Shown here piece by piece: positions 1-10,350 of a stretch of 64,000 nucleotides of DNA. Each line of letters starts with the position of its first letter. Positions within the stretch are counted from its first letter, which is position 1. The notes under the pieces were generated by a model. The model worked only from the letters and a program-made list of their open reading frames with translations, did no database searches and had not been told where the DNA came from. The stretch is from Candidatus Bathyarchaeia archaeon (GTDB taxonomy: Archaea > Thermoproteota > Bathyarchaeia > 40CM-2-53-6), in contig JBEKFP010000002.1 in NCBI GenBank assembly GCA_050013255.1, forward strand, positions 288,001 to 352,000. The letters are read 5' to 3'. The position numbers and the translations under genes are program-made.

Positions 1-567
1 GGGTCCAATAATTTCAAAATCATCAAAGTGGGCTACATATTCGCGCCAGAACTTTTGGGAATCAATGACCGTATCAAGATTGTCGAAGTAAGCAATCTGA
101 ATCTTCGAATTAAGTCGGTGCAGCATTGCAATTTTTCCATTCACTCTCTCGGGGAAGAGGACGCAGTCCTTGTCATCTCGGTCCGGCCCAACCAGCCCGT
201 GCTTCTCAAAATGTGTAAAGTCTTTCGTTGACGCCAACGCAATGCGCGGCCCTCGACGCGAAAAGGCGGTGTACGTAACATAGTACGTCCCGTCGAGGGG
301 GGTCAAACGTGGATCCTCGCATCCGAACTCCTCCCAATCCGCAGAGCCTTCAAGAACCGGGTGAGCAGAACGAAACGATATGTCTGTTCCGTTCTGTGAC
401 TGTGCATAGCCCAAACGGGAGACCCTGTTAGCGTCCACAGCTCGGTAGAGTAGATGAATCGTGTTCCCTGCAGCGACTGCTGCTGGGTTGAATGTCCCAT
501 CATCTTCCCAATCCACACCGGTCCTCGGTCTAATGATAGGATTCGCCTCACTCCTCGTAAGCTTCAG
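1..567 (-). CDS. GH130 family glycosidase/mannoside phosphorylase (runs off window start)
   Basis: Not in ORF track. Manual translation (L)KLTRSEANPIIRP...GTFNPAAV...LLYRA...SRLGYA...GCEDPRLT...YYVTYTAF...DDKDCVLFPERVNGKIAMLHR shows GH130 motifs. Start is probably CTG at 567; an in-frame TGA lies 3 codons upstream. Confidence 0.85.
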   Translation of the reverse strand, partial: MKLTRSEANPIIRPRTGVDWEDDGTFNPAAVAAGNTIHLLYRAVDANRVSRLGYAQSQNGTDISFRSAHPVLEGSADWEEFGCEDPRLTPLDGTYYVTYTAFSRRGPRIALASTKDFTHFEKHGLVGPDRDDKDCVLFPERVNGKIAMLHRLNSKIQIAYFDNLDTVIDSQKFWREYVAHFDDFEIIGP

Positions 568-714
568 TAAGTTCTTTCACCTAGCATTGCCTCCCTGGAA
601 TCAATACCAGCTAATTGACATTTGGTTCTAGACCTACCCCCGAATTTGCTGACCTGACTGTTCAGGACTGTTTGGCGCCGGCCGCAGAAACGCGCATTTC
701 AATTTTCGTCCCCA

Positions 715-870
715 CTATGCCCTGATGCCATTAGGCTTCGTAAATGTAAGTCGCTTGAGTGCGTCGACGACTTCATGCGTGTGTTTTGTGATGTCGACGT
801 TCGTGAAGACTCGAGCGATTTGGCCTTCTTTGTCAATAATGAATGTCATTCTCTGCGCGTGTGAGCACAT
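715..870 (-). pseudogene. C-terminal fragment of Bcp-type peroxiredoxin
   Basis: Translation ...AQRMTFIIDKEGQIARVFTNVDITKHTHEVVDALK matches the Bcp/PrxQ C-terminus; N-terminal catalytic part absent. Confidence 0.7.
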
Positions 871-1013
871 GGGATGGAAATATCAGAAAAGTTGGCTAGA
901 GCATGGACAAGGGATCAAGCTGTTCTAATCAGAGCTTTCGAAATATGTTCACAGCTCCTACGAGGAGTTGGACCCAGTGATGAAAGAGAGAAAGATTCAG
1001 ACGAGAGTTGCAG

Positions 1014-2108
1014 TTACATGGTGCTAGTTTCCACTTCATGTCGCTCAAACGCATGTGTCGTCAAACTTTGCGCCAAGAGTTTCTGGAATAATTTGATGTA
1101 TTTCTCAGCTATCTTCTCAGCCGTATTCTTCCTGGCGTACTCTTCCGCTGCTTGGATAGTTTTCATCAACATGTTACCGCTTTCCATGACCTCAATTAAG
1201 CATGCCTCGAATTCATCAGCTGTTCTGTACTTCAGGATCTCCTTATGGAAGTTCTTAAAGAACGGTGAGTCCAACGCTATGATTGGGCAGTCTGAACCAA
1301 GGCATTGATGGGCTGTGCTCGAAACGACTGCTTTCGTCTCAACCTGTCTATTGAGAATAAGGGCGTCGGAGGCGTGCAAGTAGTCGTAGAGCCGCCCTAT
1401 GTTCGGAGCTTCGTTCCTGATATCCACCTGAATGTTGCTGGCCACTATCCGATTTGGTGCATGGATGCTGACCACCAGGAGTAGGATGGGGTAGCGTATT
1501 CCCAACGTTGAGATGCTCTGCAGCAACTCAAGATCTTTCCCGACGTGTTGACCGAATACCAGCAAAATTTTACAATTCAGTGGCAGAGCCAGTTTTAGTC
1601 TCGCTTCCGCTTTATTCCCTTTTGCAATAGGGTGACATGGGAAGGGTATGACGTGGATTTTCTCTTCTGGGAAGGCCTCGCGAAGAAACTTCCTGTATCT
1701 CTGGTCGAAGCAGACTATAGAATCCCATTGAAACTGGTAGAATGAAGGGTCGGAGGGAAGTTCAGCCTCATGTATTATGTTCACGGTTCTAGCATTCTTT
1801 CTAATGTGGTGAAAGATCTTCCTCAAATCGTCTCTTGGAAGCATACCTAGGTTCTGTACAACGAAAATATCATGATCAGAATTCAGTATTGATCGAGGAT
1901 CAAGATATCCACCGACTCGGAAACACCTGGTGACGTAGCTCTCATCCTCTCCCACGAATGTGGTTCCATGAAAATCTGATTGAAGATAGGAATAGAGCCG
2001 GAGATCATGCCCTTTTCTAACCCATTCTCTGCCTATCAGCTCTGCGTGAACCGAGGAACCTGCATCAAGGTTCCAAGCGCCCATCATACCAATCTTCAAA
2101 CGTAACAT
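1014..2108 (-). CDS. GT-B glycosyltransferase (GT4-like)
   Basis: 364 aa; N-terminal KIGMMGAWN, C-terminal ASDALIL...LGSDCPIIALD and A..YI.LF pattern; same strand as the GH130 gene. Confidence 0.75.
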   Translation of the reverse strand: MLRLKIGMMGAWNLDAGSSVHAELIGREWVRKGHDLRLYSYLQSDFHGTTFVGEDESYVTRCFRVGGYLDPRSILNSDHDIFVVQNLGMLPRDDLRKIFHHIRKNARTVNIIHEAELPSDPSFYQFQWDSIVCFDQRYRKFLREAFPEEKIHVIPFPCHPIAKGNKAEARLKLALPLNCKILLVFGQHVGKDLELLQSISTLGIRYPILLLVVSIHAPNRIVASNIQVDIRNEAPNIGRLYDYLHASDALILNRQVETKAVVSSTAHQCLGSDCPIIALDSPFFKNFHKEILKYRTADEFEACLIEVMESGNMLMKTIQAAEEYARKNTAEKIAEKYIKLFQKLLAQSLTTHAFERHEVETSTM

Positions 2109-2565
2109 CTACTAGGCATACATTCAATTCAGGAACCCCGGTACCACAATGTCTGGACGTTGATGGAGTTTCTAAAAGGTTTCTAGGTTCCTGCGTTATG
2201 AAATAGTATGAACGAGAAAGATAAACACTCTGAGGTGATGACCTTGCTCCACCCACGCTCTACCAACAAGTTCAGCATGAATAGAAACCCCGGAGGTCTG
2301 ATTCCACGCATGGGAAGGTATTCTGTTTCACGAACATTTACACAGTGATGCTTCTGCAAGTCGGACGGTTGTCAGGGCATAGTCTTCTACGCTTTCCCCA
2401 TGCTGTGCAGTCAATACCTGCGGCCTGTAATCAAATTGGTTCATGCGGGCATTGAGAGCTATCTACGTCCTCTATGTAGTGTCTGCCACATTTTGGGCAT
2501 TTAACCTGTCGTAATGTTTCCGTGTTGTGTCAGATGAGAGATGAAGGTCCGAATACTTTTCGCTT

Positions 2566-2964
2566 GTGGTTGTAGAAGAACATTTGCGTGTGCGCACCAC
2601 CGGATCGATGGGGATGTGGTTTGTTGGTGCGGGGAGTGAGAAATTCTCCGAGCTTCCGTCACGATTTGGGTTCTCAGTTGAATACACAGACTCGGTTGCC
2701 AACTTGCGGTATTATGAACCCGATTTCGTTGCTGTCTTGGAAAATGGTGAGCATTACCTCATTGAGACAAAAGGGCGTGAGGACCCGGACGTACCCCACA
2801 AGGATCGGGCAGCTAAACTTTGGTGCGAGTACGCAACCGACCTAGCTCAAATACGGTGGCAATATCTGAAGGTCCCTCAGCAAGACTTCAAGCGATTGGA
2901 GCCCAACGAGTTTTCGGACCTGAGCGTGTTCAAGTACGAGCAACAAACCTTACCCGCTGACTAA
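2566..2964 (+). pseudogene. C-terminal PD-(D/E)xK nuclease fragment of a type III restriction (Res) subunit
   Basis: GFSVEY...YEPDFVAV...YLIETKGRED...KDRAAKLWC; helicase portion missing. Confidence 0.7.
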
Positions 2965-3058
2965 TAGTATTTGGGAAGCTCCAACGGCAGACGAATCACA
3001 CGTCATAGGATACCCAGCCAACTCCTAAAACAAGCTCTTCATGTACGGGTGTGGTTAG

Positions 3059-3742
3059 GTGAGGTTGGTCACAATGGATAACATTAGGGTTACAGTCGGC
3101 GGACTCATGAGCGTAGACGGTAAGATAGCGCCCGCTGACAGAGTTGGAAGGAAGTTCTCAAGATTTATGACGGGGCGGCATCAAAGGATGTTACACACTA
3201 TCAGATCCAAGGTGGACGCGATCGTGGTAGGTGTCAATACTGTCATAACCGATAATCCTTCGCTGACTGTCAGGGAGGTGAAAGGGAAAAACCCTCTCAG
3301 AGTTGTACTCGACAGCAACGCTAGAACGCCATTGGAATCAAAGATTCTTGGTAGGGAAGCCTCAACCGTAATCGCAGTCACGAAGCATGCCCCTGAAGGC
3401 AGGGTCGAGCTTCTGCGAAGGAAGGTGGAAGTTCTCGTGTTGGGCGGCTCCCAACGCGTTGACTTGAAGGAATTGTTGGGTGAACTAAAGAAGCGCGGTA
3501 TACATTCAGTTCTAGTTGAAGGTGGAGGAGAAGCCCGCTGGGGCTTTTTCAAGGAGGGACTCGTGGACGAACTCTTCGTCTGGGTCGTACCTTACATCTG
3601 GGGAGGAAGAGATGCACCAACGCTTGTCGATGGTGAAGGTTTCCTTCAAGAAGCGGACGCAATACCGTTAAAACTCAAGAGCACCAAAGTAGTCGATAAG
3701 ACATTAATTCTCTCGTTCCGTGTAAATGGTAATCACGTCTGA
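3059..3742 (+). CDS. RibD C-terminal/ArfC-like ribosylamino-pyrimidinone 5'-phosphate reductase
   Basis: MSVDGKIA, DAIVVGVNTVITDNPSLTVR, PLRVVLDS, VLVEGGG, LVDEL motifs. Confidence 0.85.
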   Translation: MRLVTMDNIRVTVGGLMSVDGKIAPADRVGRKFSRFMTGRHQRMLHTIRSKVDAIVVGVNTVITDNPSLTVREVKGKNPLRVVLDSNARTPLESKILGREASTVIAVTKHAPEGRVELLRRKVEVLVLGGSQRVDLKELLGELKKRGIHSVLVEGGGEARWGFFKEGLVDELFVWVVPYIWGGRDAPTLVDGEGFLQEADAIPLKLKSTKVVDKTLILSFRVNGNHV

Positions 3743-3951
3743 GTCATTTTCTTGAGCAACGAACTTTCAGTAGGGCCTCTCTTGTCTCGATACATCATGT
3801 AAGTCTTGATGAGCATATCCAGGAAATCATTTATCGAAATATCATTGTTGGTATCACCCGCAAATAGGTCTCTGGCTTTTTTTAGTTGGGTGAGCCTTTC
3901 AGTTTCGAAGGTTACAGTTACGGTTTCATCTGTTACCCTTGACAAACACAT
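3733..3951 (-). CDS. Small hypothetical protein, possibly ribbon-helix-helix
   Basis: 72 aa, VTVTFE...LKKA...SINDFLDMLI pattern; directly downstream of the TrpD-like gene. Confidence 0.5.
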   Translation of the reverse strand: MCLSRVTDETVTVTFETERLTQLKKARDLFAGDTNNDISINDFLDMLIKTYMMYRDKRGPTESSLLKKMTQT

Positions 3952-3955
3952 CCAC

Positions 3956-5119
3956 CTACGGCATATTCAACGAACCTAAAATGGACTCAAGCTTCTCCAT
4001 TTTTCCGCCACTTAAAGCAATCAACTTGCGTAATTCCTCTAATGCCTTTCCTTCGTCAACTGTCTGACAGGCCATTTCAAACCCATCTCTTATATCCTTC
4101 ACGTCATCGGCCGCGTAGATTATCGAGGCGGCATTCAAGAGGATGAGGTCTCTGCGCGCGCTTCTGTCTGAACCAGATAGTACCCCGACCGTGACTGCCG
4201 CATTCTCGACGTGACTGAGACGAGCAAGGACATCTTCAATCCTTCCTCGCTTTACGCCAACATCTTCTGGAAGAATCGTGTAAGTGTTTATGGAACCATC
4301 AGATTTCAATTCCGATACAACAGAATTGCCAAGGTTAGAAAATTCATCTATCATTACGTCCTCTGTCTTTCCATGTCCCAAGACCACCAAAGCTCTTTCG
4401 TAACCACAATTGCGTAGAACTGTAGCAACCTTCTCTGTGAAGGGCTTGCTCACGCCCCTGACTTGGCGTCTTATTGAAAACGGATTGAGGGCGGTCGCTA
4501 TCATCAGCCTAAGCGAATACAGCAAGGGCATCGCAGCGGACACAGATTCTTTGTGTCCCAATTCTATGAGTGGACCCATCCATGGATAGACGCCTTCAGA
4601 GGCCCACACTGCGACCCTGATTTTCTCTACACAGCTCTCGACAACATCACGAGGCACGTTCACGTTTATCCCCAAGCAGTCAGCTAAATCGGTTGATCCA
4701 GTCTTTGACGAGAAAGCTCTTGCACCACTCTTGAGGGCGTACGAACCAGCGGCAGCGGCAGCTATCACCGCCGGAGTTGTTACGTTTATGGTCGGCGCAG
4801 TATCACCGCCAGTTCCACCTGCTGTCACTAAGGGTTTGTCCACATTGAACCGGAACCTGAACTTCTTTGTCGCTTCCATGGCCGCAGCCATTGATGCAAG
4901 TTCGTCTATGGTCGGTTCTTTGATGGTCAACCCGCCGAAGAACGCAACCAACAATTCAGTAATGTCGGGCGATCGATCAGTCAATCCGTCCAGAATGGTT
5001 TTTGTGACAAATTCCGTCTCGTCGGGCTTAAGGTCTTCACGTCTTGACAGTTTGTCGAAGACCTCGCGCAATCTATTCTTCAGGTTCGGTTCCGTCGGTG
5101 TTCCAACAGAGTTCTGCAT
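3956..5119 (-). CDS. Anthranilate phosphoribosyltransferase-like protein (divergent TrpD family)
   Basis: GGTGGD..TINVTT, KSGARAFSSKTGSTD (canonical KHGNR..SS..GSAD), DEFS, LLNAA motifs. Confidence 0.8.
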   Translation of the reverse strand: MQNSVGTPTEPNLKNRLREVFDKLSRREDLKPDETEFVTKTILDGLTDRSPDITELLVAFFGGLTIKEPTIDELASMAAAMEATKKFRFRFNVDKPLVTAGGTGGDTAPTINVTTPAVIAAAAAGSYALKSGARAFSSKTGSTDLADCLGINVNVPRDVVESCVEKIRVAVWASEGVYPWMGPLIELGHKESVSAAMPLLYSLRLMIATALNPFSIRRQVRGVSKPFTEKVATVLRNCGYERALVVLGHGKTEDVMIDEFSNLGNSVVSELKSDGSINTYTILPEDVGVKRGRIEDVLARLSHVENAAVTVGVLSGSDRSARRDLILLNAASIIYAADDVKDIRDGFEMACQTVDEGKALEELRKLIALSGGKMEKLESILGSLNMP

Positions 5120-5137
5120 TGCTTAACCTCAACCGAC

Positions 5138-5677
5138 TCAAAGAGCTGCGCCGGTAATCTGAGCCCGAAGGATTCCTCGAAGAATGGCATAAGAAATCAA
5201 CGTGGACGGCACCAATTGAAGTGTAATGTAGATCGGCAATGCAACTAGGTAGAAGGTGAAAGGCAATCCGAGAGCCACGACAATCACAACGTAGGTCATC
5301 GGGATGTCCACGAGGGCGCAAGTGAGACTCAAAAGCAAGAGCCTTGTATGAAGCTTCATCCTCGGATGGAGCTTGGAAAGGACTACAGAAACAGTACCCA
5401 CCACAACCGCGAATACTAAATTAACGAAAGGCCATAGCCACGAAAGCGGATTTGCGGCCGTGATCAATCCGAGAAAAGCTTGAACCTCCGTGGTGATGAT
5501 AGCTCCGAGAGGCCCGAATATGGTCGCGGAGACTAGCAACCACGTGTATGTGTTTATGTATCCAAGGGGTGTGGCATTTCCTCCCGTAATGGCAGAGTCA
5601 GCTCTTTCGGCGAACGAGGCTATGACCCCTGCGACCACCCCCAAAACCATCGCAATCATTGCATCTCTCATTCGCAT
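5138..5677 (-). CDS. ECF transporter S-component-like membrane protein
   Basis: 179 aa, about 6 hydrophobic segments, ATIFGPLGAII motif. Confidence 0.65.
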   Translation of the reverse strand: MRMRDAMIAMVLGVVAGVIASFAERADSAITGGNATPLGYINTYTWLLVSATIFGPLGAIITTEVQAFLGLITAANPLSWLWPFVNLVFAVVVGTVSVVLSKLHPRMKLHTRLLLLSLTCALVDIPMTYVVIVVALGLPFTFYLVALPIYITLQLVPSTLISYAILRGILRAQITGAAL

Positions 5678-5751
5678 GCGAGTTCCTCCATTGAACTAAA
5701 CAATCATGTGAAAGACATTTACGTTATTTAGTAGGATTCCCTTTCTAAATA

Positions 5752-6312
5752 TTGAGCGCTTCAGCAAGGTTCCCTTGGATCCTGTCATACTTCCTGTTTG
5801 GCTTTTGGCCGGCGCTCCTAACTTCCGCGCTCGCTTCAGTGCTGATCAGTTTCGGCATGACAGGGATCGCCGGAGCTGGGATCAAGTTTGTTGCGACGAT
5901 GCCCCAGTTCCTTGCCTTCGCGTTGTTCGCCATGGCCTTACGTTATACGAGTTCAATTTCCTTTAGACGACTTCTGTTCTTCATACCTGTCGCCGGAGTG
6001 GCCATTGTGGTAAGGGTTCTTCTCTCCATAAGCGCAGGCACGTACATATTTGGGCCCTTGTTCTTCAACACTTCTCCTGATCTCATGCTGCAGGTTTTTC
6101 CGCCATGGCTCTATGTTTTGCTGAACATACCGCAAGCGGCTTTCAGCGATATGAGCGTACTGGCGGAGGCTCGGATCAAGATCCCGGCCGTAGTTAGACT
6201 GGCACATCAGCTTAGAGACTATGGCTTCGAATTTGAGCGTGTTCCTCTTACGGTTGACGATGCAGCCCTACAGATATCCCGAAACATGAAGAGGCAGGGA
6301 ACAGATGGCTGA
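5752..6312 (+). pseudogene. Chimeric remnant: ECF S-component fused to the C-terminus of an ECF ATPase
   Basis: Hydrophobic FLFGFWPALLTSAL... half followed by FSDMSVLAEARIKIPAVVRLAHQL...PLTVDDA, typical of an EcfA tail. Confidence 0.55.
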
Positions 6313-6520
6313 TGTTGCAGTAGAAACCGAAAATTTGTCGTATGCCTATCCTAATGGGACCACAGGGCTTCGTGATGTCACTGTGATTCTGGAAAGAGGC
6401 AAGCTCATCTCGATCATGGGGCCTAACTGCTCCGGGAAGAGTACTTTCGCGAAGCAGCTCAACGGCTTGCTTAGGCCGACGAAAGGCTTGGTGAGAGTCT
6501 GCGGAATGGACAAGAGGTAC
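6305..6520 (+). pseudogene. Truncated ECF ATPase N-terminus
   Basis: VETENLSYAYPNG...IMGPNCSGKSTFAKQLNGLLRPTKG, then similarity ends just before the transposase remnant. Confidence 0.75.
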
Positions 6521-6574
6521 GTCGTGTGCGTACATGACTCGAAGGTCCGGTCCGCTTGGATTGAGTTCAACGAC

Positions 6575-6734
6575 TATAGAGCCAATTCTCACGGGCTATC
6601 AGATTTACCACAACTATATTCGACCGCACGAAGCACTAGAGGGCAAAACACCCGCAGAAGTTGCAGGAATTCAAATCAGAGGAAAAGACAGATGGATGAC
6701 CATAATTCAGAACGCAAAAAGTAGATCAGTCTAA
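6575..6734 (+). mobile_element. C-terminal remnant of archaeal IS6-like/DDE transposase
   Basis: PILTGYQIYHNYIRPHEALEGKTPAEVAGIQIRGKDRWMTIIQNA. Confidence 0.75.
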
Positions 6735-6988
6735 TTCGAGTTCTCTGTTTTCCGAGAAATACTCCAGAATCGCTGATTATCCGTTCTCCGTAGATACTTC
6801 CACCAGAATAGCAGTTGTATTGTAAGAACGAAAAACGTAAGACCAGTAGTTAACGCTATGACTTCAAAGAAATTAGCTACGAAAGTTTGCATGTGACGTG
6901 AAGCAGTATAGAAAACAGCGGCATTAATGAAAATAACGGTAGACAAAACTCGTAAGAATAGGTGTTCTTTGCTCGTTAATCCTTTCAA
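6731..6988 (-). CDS. Small 2-TM membrane protein
   Basis: 85 aa, two hydrophobic helices, GAGGGAAG upstream. Confidence 0.5.
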   Translation of the reverse strand: MKGLTSKEHLFLRVLSTVIFINAAVFYTASRHMQTFVANFFEVIALTTGLTFFVLTIQLLFWWKYLRRTDNQRFWSISRKTENSN

Positions 6989-7000
6989 CTTTCTTCCCTC

Positions 7001-7216
7001 CTAACGCACATTGAGTACGCCGTATCTCCAGAGGACGAACCAAATGTTAATGAGGAGCGGCACCAGCGTAACAACAATGACCAAGAACGTCAGTACGCCA
7101 TAGCCGAATCTCCTTGTCTTCACGTGGTTTATTGATATCAGGTAAAATATGATTGCGTCGGTAAGAGCAATAATGATGATTGCACGAAGGGTTAAGTCAT
7201 AAAGTAACGAAAGCAT
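7001..7216 (-). CDS. Small 2-TM membrane protein
   Basis: 71 aa, strong SD AGGAGGTGA 5 nt before the ATG. Confidence 0.6.
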   Translation of the reverse strand: MLSLLYDLTLRAIIIIALTDAIIFYLISINHVKTRRFGYGVLTFLVIVVTLVPLLINIWFVLWRYGVLNVR

Positions 7217-7574
7217 TTAACTCACCTCCTCTCGTTTCGGCTTTGATGGATTCGATTGACGAGGCTTGACAACTTTCTTCCCTCGTTAGGCTAAGTAAGG
7301 AGCCACGCTCATACAGGTTCCCCTAGTTTTCACGAATCGAAACATGGTTCCGTGTGCAAAGGGCTAGAAACGGTAAGATCGAATCCCACCAAACGAAAGT
7401 AAACAGCCCAAAGCACCAAACGACAACGACGCGTTACCCTCTATGGTCGTTATTATCAGTCTAAGTTACGATTGGTAAATTCCTCCCAAGGCTTTACTAC
7501 GAATCAGGGAACCCCTCTGAAACGGCTCAAAATCAGGAGAGCACGTTCAAAATAAGGCTGTTAAACCCATGATA

Positions 7575-7616
7575 TGGTGGGGCCGGTGGGATATGAACCC
7601 ACGACAAGGAGTTATC
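7575..7616 (-). pseudogene. tRNA 3'-half remnant (possible att site)
   Basis: Minus strand GTC-GTGGG-TTCATAT-CCCAC-CGGCCCC-A-CCA = T-arm, 3' acceptor strand and CCA; no 5' half found. Confidence 0.7.
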
Positions 7617-7862
7617 GAAAAAAGCCGGGGACAAGAAAGTTTTCTTCACGGTCACCGTCAACATTGCCTCACGCAAAATACAGAACTTGCAGGAGTACTG
7701 AACAGTCATTCGAAGCCTGTGCAGTACGTGGCTCATTTGTGATGTTTGCGCTTTGCGTTTTCGTGTTTGAGCTTGTGCGTAGTTAGATCGTGGAACTGAA
7801 CGGTTCTGTTGCATACTGGACAAGTTATTTTGGACATATCTTGTCAAAGGATGAGGAGATAT

Positions 7863-8077
7863 TTACGAACTTGCATTTTGGATGATTGTTAGCCATCTGT
7901 CTTTCTTTGCCTCAAATCTGAATCACTGCGGCTTCTGCTGGCGTTTGTCCTTCTAGTGCCATGTGCGGTCTTACGTAATCGTGGTTGGTTTGCATGCTTT
8001 TCAGAATCGATGTATCCATCTTCTTTAAGTTACGAGTAACTTTCTCTCGGTCGCGGATTTCTCCTCATTCGTTCCAT
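7863..8077 (-). mobile_element. Second degraded IS6-like/DDE transposase C-terminal remnant
   Basis: MERM/GEIRDREKVTRNLKKMDTSILK...HDYVRPHMALEGQTPAEAA..*..WLTIIQNA with frameshifts and an internal stop. Confidence 0.75.
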
Positions 8078-8225
8078 CTTGGTATTGTGATGTCGCTCTA
8101 GTTGGCTTCAGGTCGCTTAACCCGTCCAGTTCGAATAGATCTTTAGCTTCCCGGATCGCCCATTCAAAATGACGCCAACTCACATTTATCCCGAAATGTG
8201 GAGTCATCGAACTTCCGCATGAAAA

Positions 8226-8936
8226 CTAGGTGGCAATAAGGTGCGAGAGGATTCCTGTGATTGGAGTCTTTTCCGCCCCTTCCAGGATGGTGAGCCTGCC
8301 TGTCTTCCTCCTAAGCGAGAGTTGGATTTGTCCCCTGAAACCCCTCACTCTGGCATCGCGAACCTCAACTCGGTCGCCCTCGGAGATTGTTCCTATCTGA
8401 TTGTTCCATACAGAGAGAGGGATTTCTCCGGTACCGTCGGAGAGCGTAACGGAGCAGACCAAGAGGGGGACCCCGTCCCTCGAGGTCACAGCTCTCACTT
8501 CTGATTTCTTGACCACAACCGCCTTGAAAGATACGCTCTTCAACCCTAACCTCATATCTCTAATGCTCCTCTCACCCTTCGCATCAAGTTTTTTTGCTTC
8601 GCGTTCTTGAATGGCATCAATGTAGCGTGAAAATCGTTCCGGCGGATTCCTCAACATTTCAACCGAATCATTAGGGATGTCCGCTTGCGCCAACCACTTG
8701 CCCTCAACTGAGAACATGTACGTTGAAGAAGCTGCACCGTGTTGACGCGTTTGAATAGAAACCTTTCCACACCGGGAGTTACCGCGGTTTCGTGCAACTA
8801 GAATCGAGGCACGAAGAAGATTGGGCTTTAGATTATGCTTCTTTGTGATCTGAAGTAGATAGATAAAGTCTCTGTCCAGACCGCGAATCCCTGTTAGGTT
8901 CCTTAGCGCAGTTAAGATATTTCGACTCTCAATCAA
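8226..8936 (-). CDS. OB-fold single-stranded DNA-binding (SSB/RPA-like) protein with N-terminal extension
   Basis: C-terminal LSDGTGEIPLSVWNNQI..ISEGDRVEV..ARVRGFRGQIQL; start uncertain (TTG 8936 or CTG 8879). Confidence 0.75.
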   Translation of the reverse strand: MIESRNILTALRNLTGIRGLDRDFIYLLQITKKHNLKPNLLRASILVARNRGNSRCGKVSIQTRQHGAASSTYMFSVEGKWLAQADIPNDSVEMLRNPPERFSRYIDAIQEREAKKLDAKGERSIRDMRLGLKSVSFKAVVVKKSEVRAVTSRDGVPLLVCSVTLSDGTGEIPLSVWNNQIGTISEGDRVEVRDARVRGFRGQIQLSLRRKTGRLTILEGAEKTPITGILSHLIAT

Positions 8937-9399
8937 TATGACGCCATGAGTAATAAAGCGACCCCCAATAATTGGGGCTGATTCTCTGTCCTCCTTCAGA
9001 GATCTGCTTGTCTCAAGAGCACCACGTCTGCAGTCATTCTTCGCGCGCGCAAGGCACGCTCGCTTACTCAATGAGATACACGGTCTCAGCGCCTAATCGC
9101 AGGGCATGCGAATTTTGGCTACGCAACATCAAACTGGGGCGCCTCCCAGTTTCGAGGGTACACTACTGCCAGCGAATGCCTGGGCGTACAGAAGACGGAT
9201 CCGTTGGCCTGGGAAGGGAAAGGAAGACTCCTCATGGTCTTCCAAAACCTCCACGCCATCTCCGACTCCTTCGACATCTGCAAATTCAACGCGTAGCTGT
9301 TCAGAAGAGGCGTACGAGCAGGGCGTATGGTTGTGATTCTAAAACGGGCAGGAGAAAAAGGGGAGTGTGGACCCTGGTTAACCAGAGTCCTAGTTCTAG

Positions 9400-9493
9400 G
9401 GCTCACCAGACTAAGGAAGGAGCTTGTCGGCGTTCCTAATCCAGTGACGTCGTCGTATCCTGGCGTTGTCGCTAGGCTGAGTGTCTGGTCCAT
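9400..9493 (-). pseudogene. S53/S8 peptidase C-terminal remnant
   Basis: ATTPGYDDVTGLGTP, the sedolisin-type terminal motif only. Confidence 0.55.
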
Positions 9494-10046
9494 TGTTCGC
9501 AGCCGATAGTATCGTAATCCGGTCTCATTTCTTCAAGCATCCTCCTTAGTGGTCAGGTACCCCACAACCTCAACTTATCTTTAATTTGTTTGGGTGTCAT
9601 CATTTTTTGAGTCACCTTTCTTCTCAAAAGAATCTCCAACCCACCGCCCAACCGCCATACAAAATGTGTTGTCCTCGGTTTCGATGTGTTGGTGTGGGCC
9701 TTCATATTCTTTGCAGCTTGCGACCTGAACATACTTACGCTGCTTCGCTGCACTCAATGTGCTAGTTCCTCCCGAATCTGCGCTACAACCAAGAAAGATA
9801 ACTTGAACAACCTTCTGATTCGAAGTAACTCTTCGGCCTCTTCTGGTTTTCTGGTCAGTCTGTACATTGCATATAGAACAGAACTAACTACGCTGTCTTG
9901 GAAGTAAAGGTTCTTCGATGAGCTGACAGTTAACAGCCGAAAAAGCTGAGAGACATCAGCTATCAAGTTAACGTTACCCTCCGCCCGTTATCGCGAGCGT
10001 CGCCGCGAGCCTTCGAATCATAATCTGGAACCTAGCTAGGATCGAG

Positions 10047-10350
10047 ATGGGCGCTAGACTGAATCGGAGTGCTAACGATCTATTCGCATTCTATCTTACG
10101 CATCTGAATGGTGAGGAAGCGACAATTCTGCCTGCCATGTGGAAGCATTTCACAGATGATCAGCTCACTGCAATGCGCAGTAACGTTGAGACAAACATGT
10201 CGATGGAGCGATATGCTGAATGGATGAGTTGGATGTTCCCATCGCGCAACATTAACGAACTGACTGGCATGTTCATGGGATTGAAGAAGGCACCGGCACC
10301 TGTTCGCGAAAATATGTCCCGTATAGCAGAAAAAGGCTCTGTTGCATCTA
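10047..10350 (+). pseudogene. Hemerythrin-like domain fragment
   Basis: FYLTHLNGEEATILPAMWKHFTDDQL (H..xEE..lfP pattern); N-terminus missing. Confidence 0.55.
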
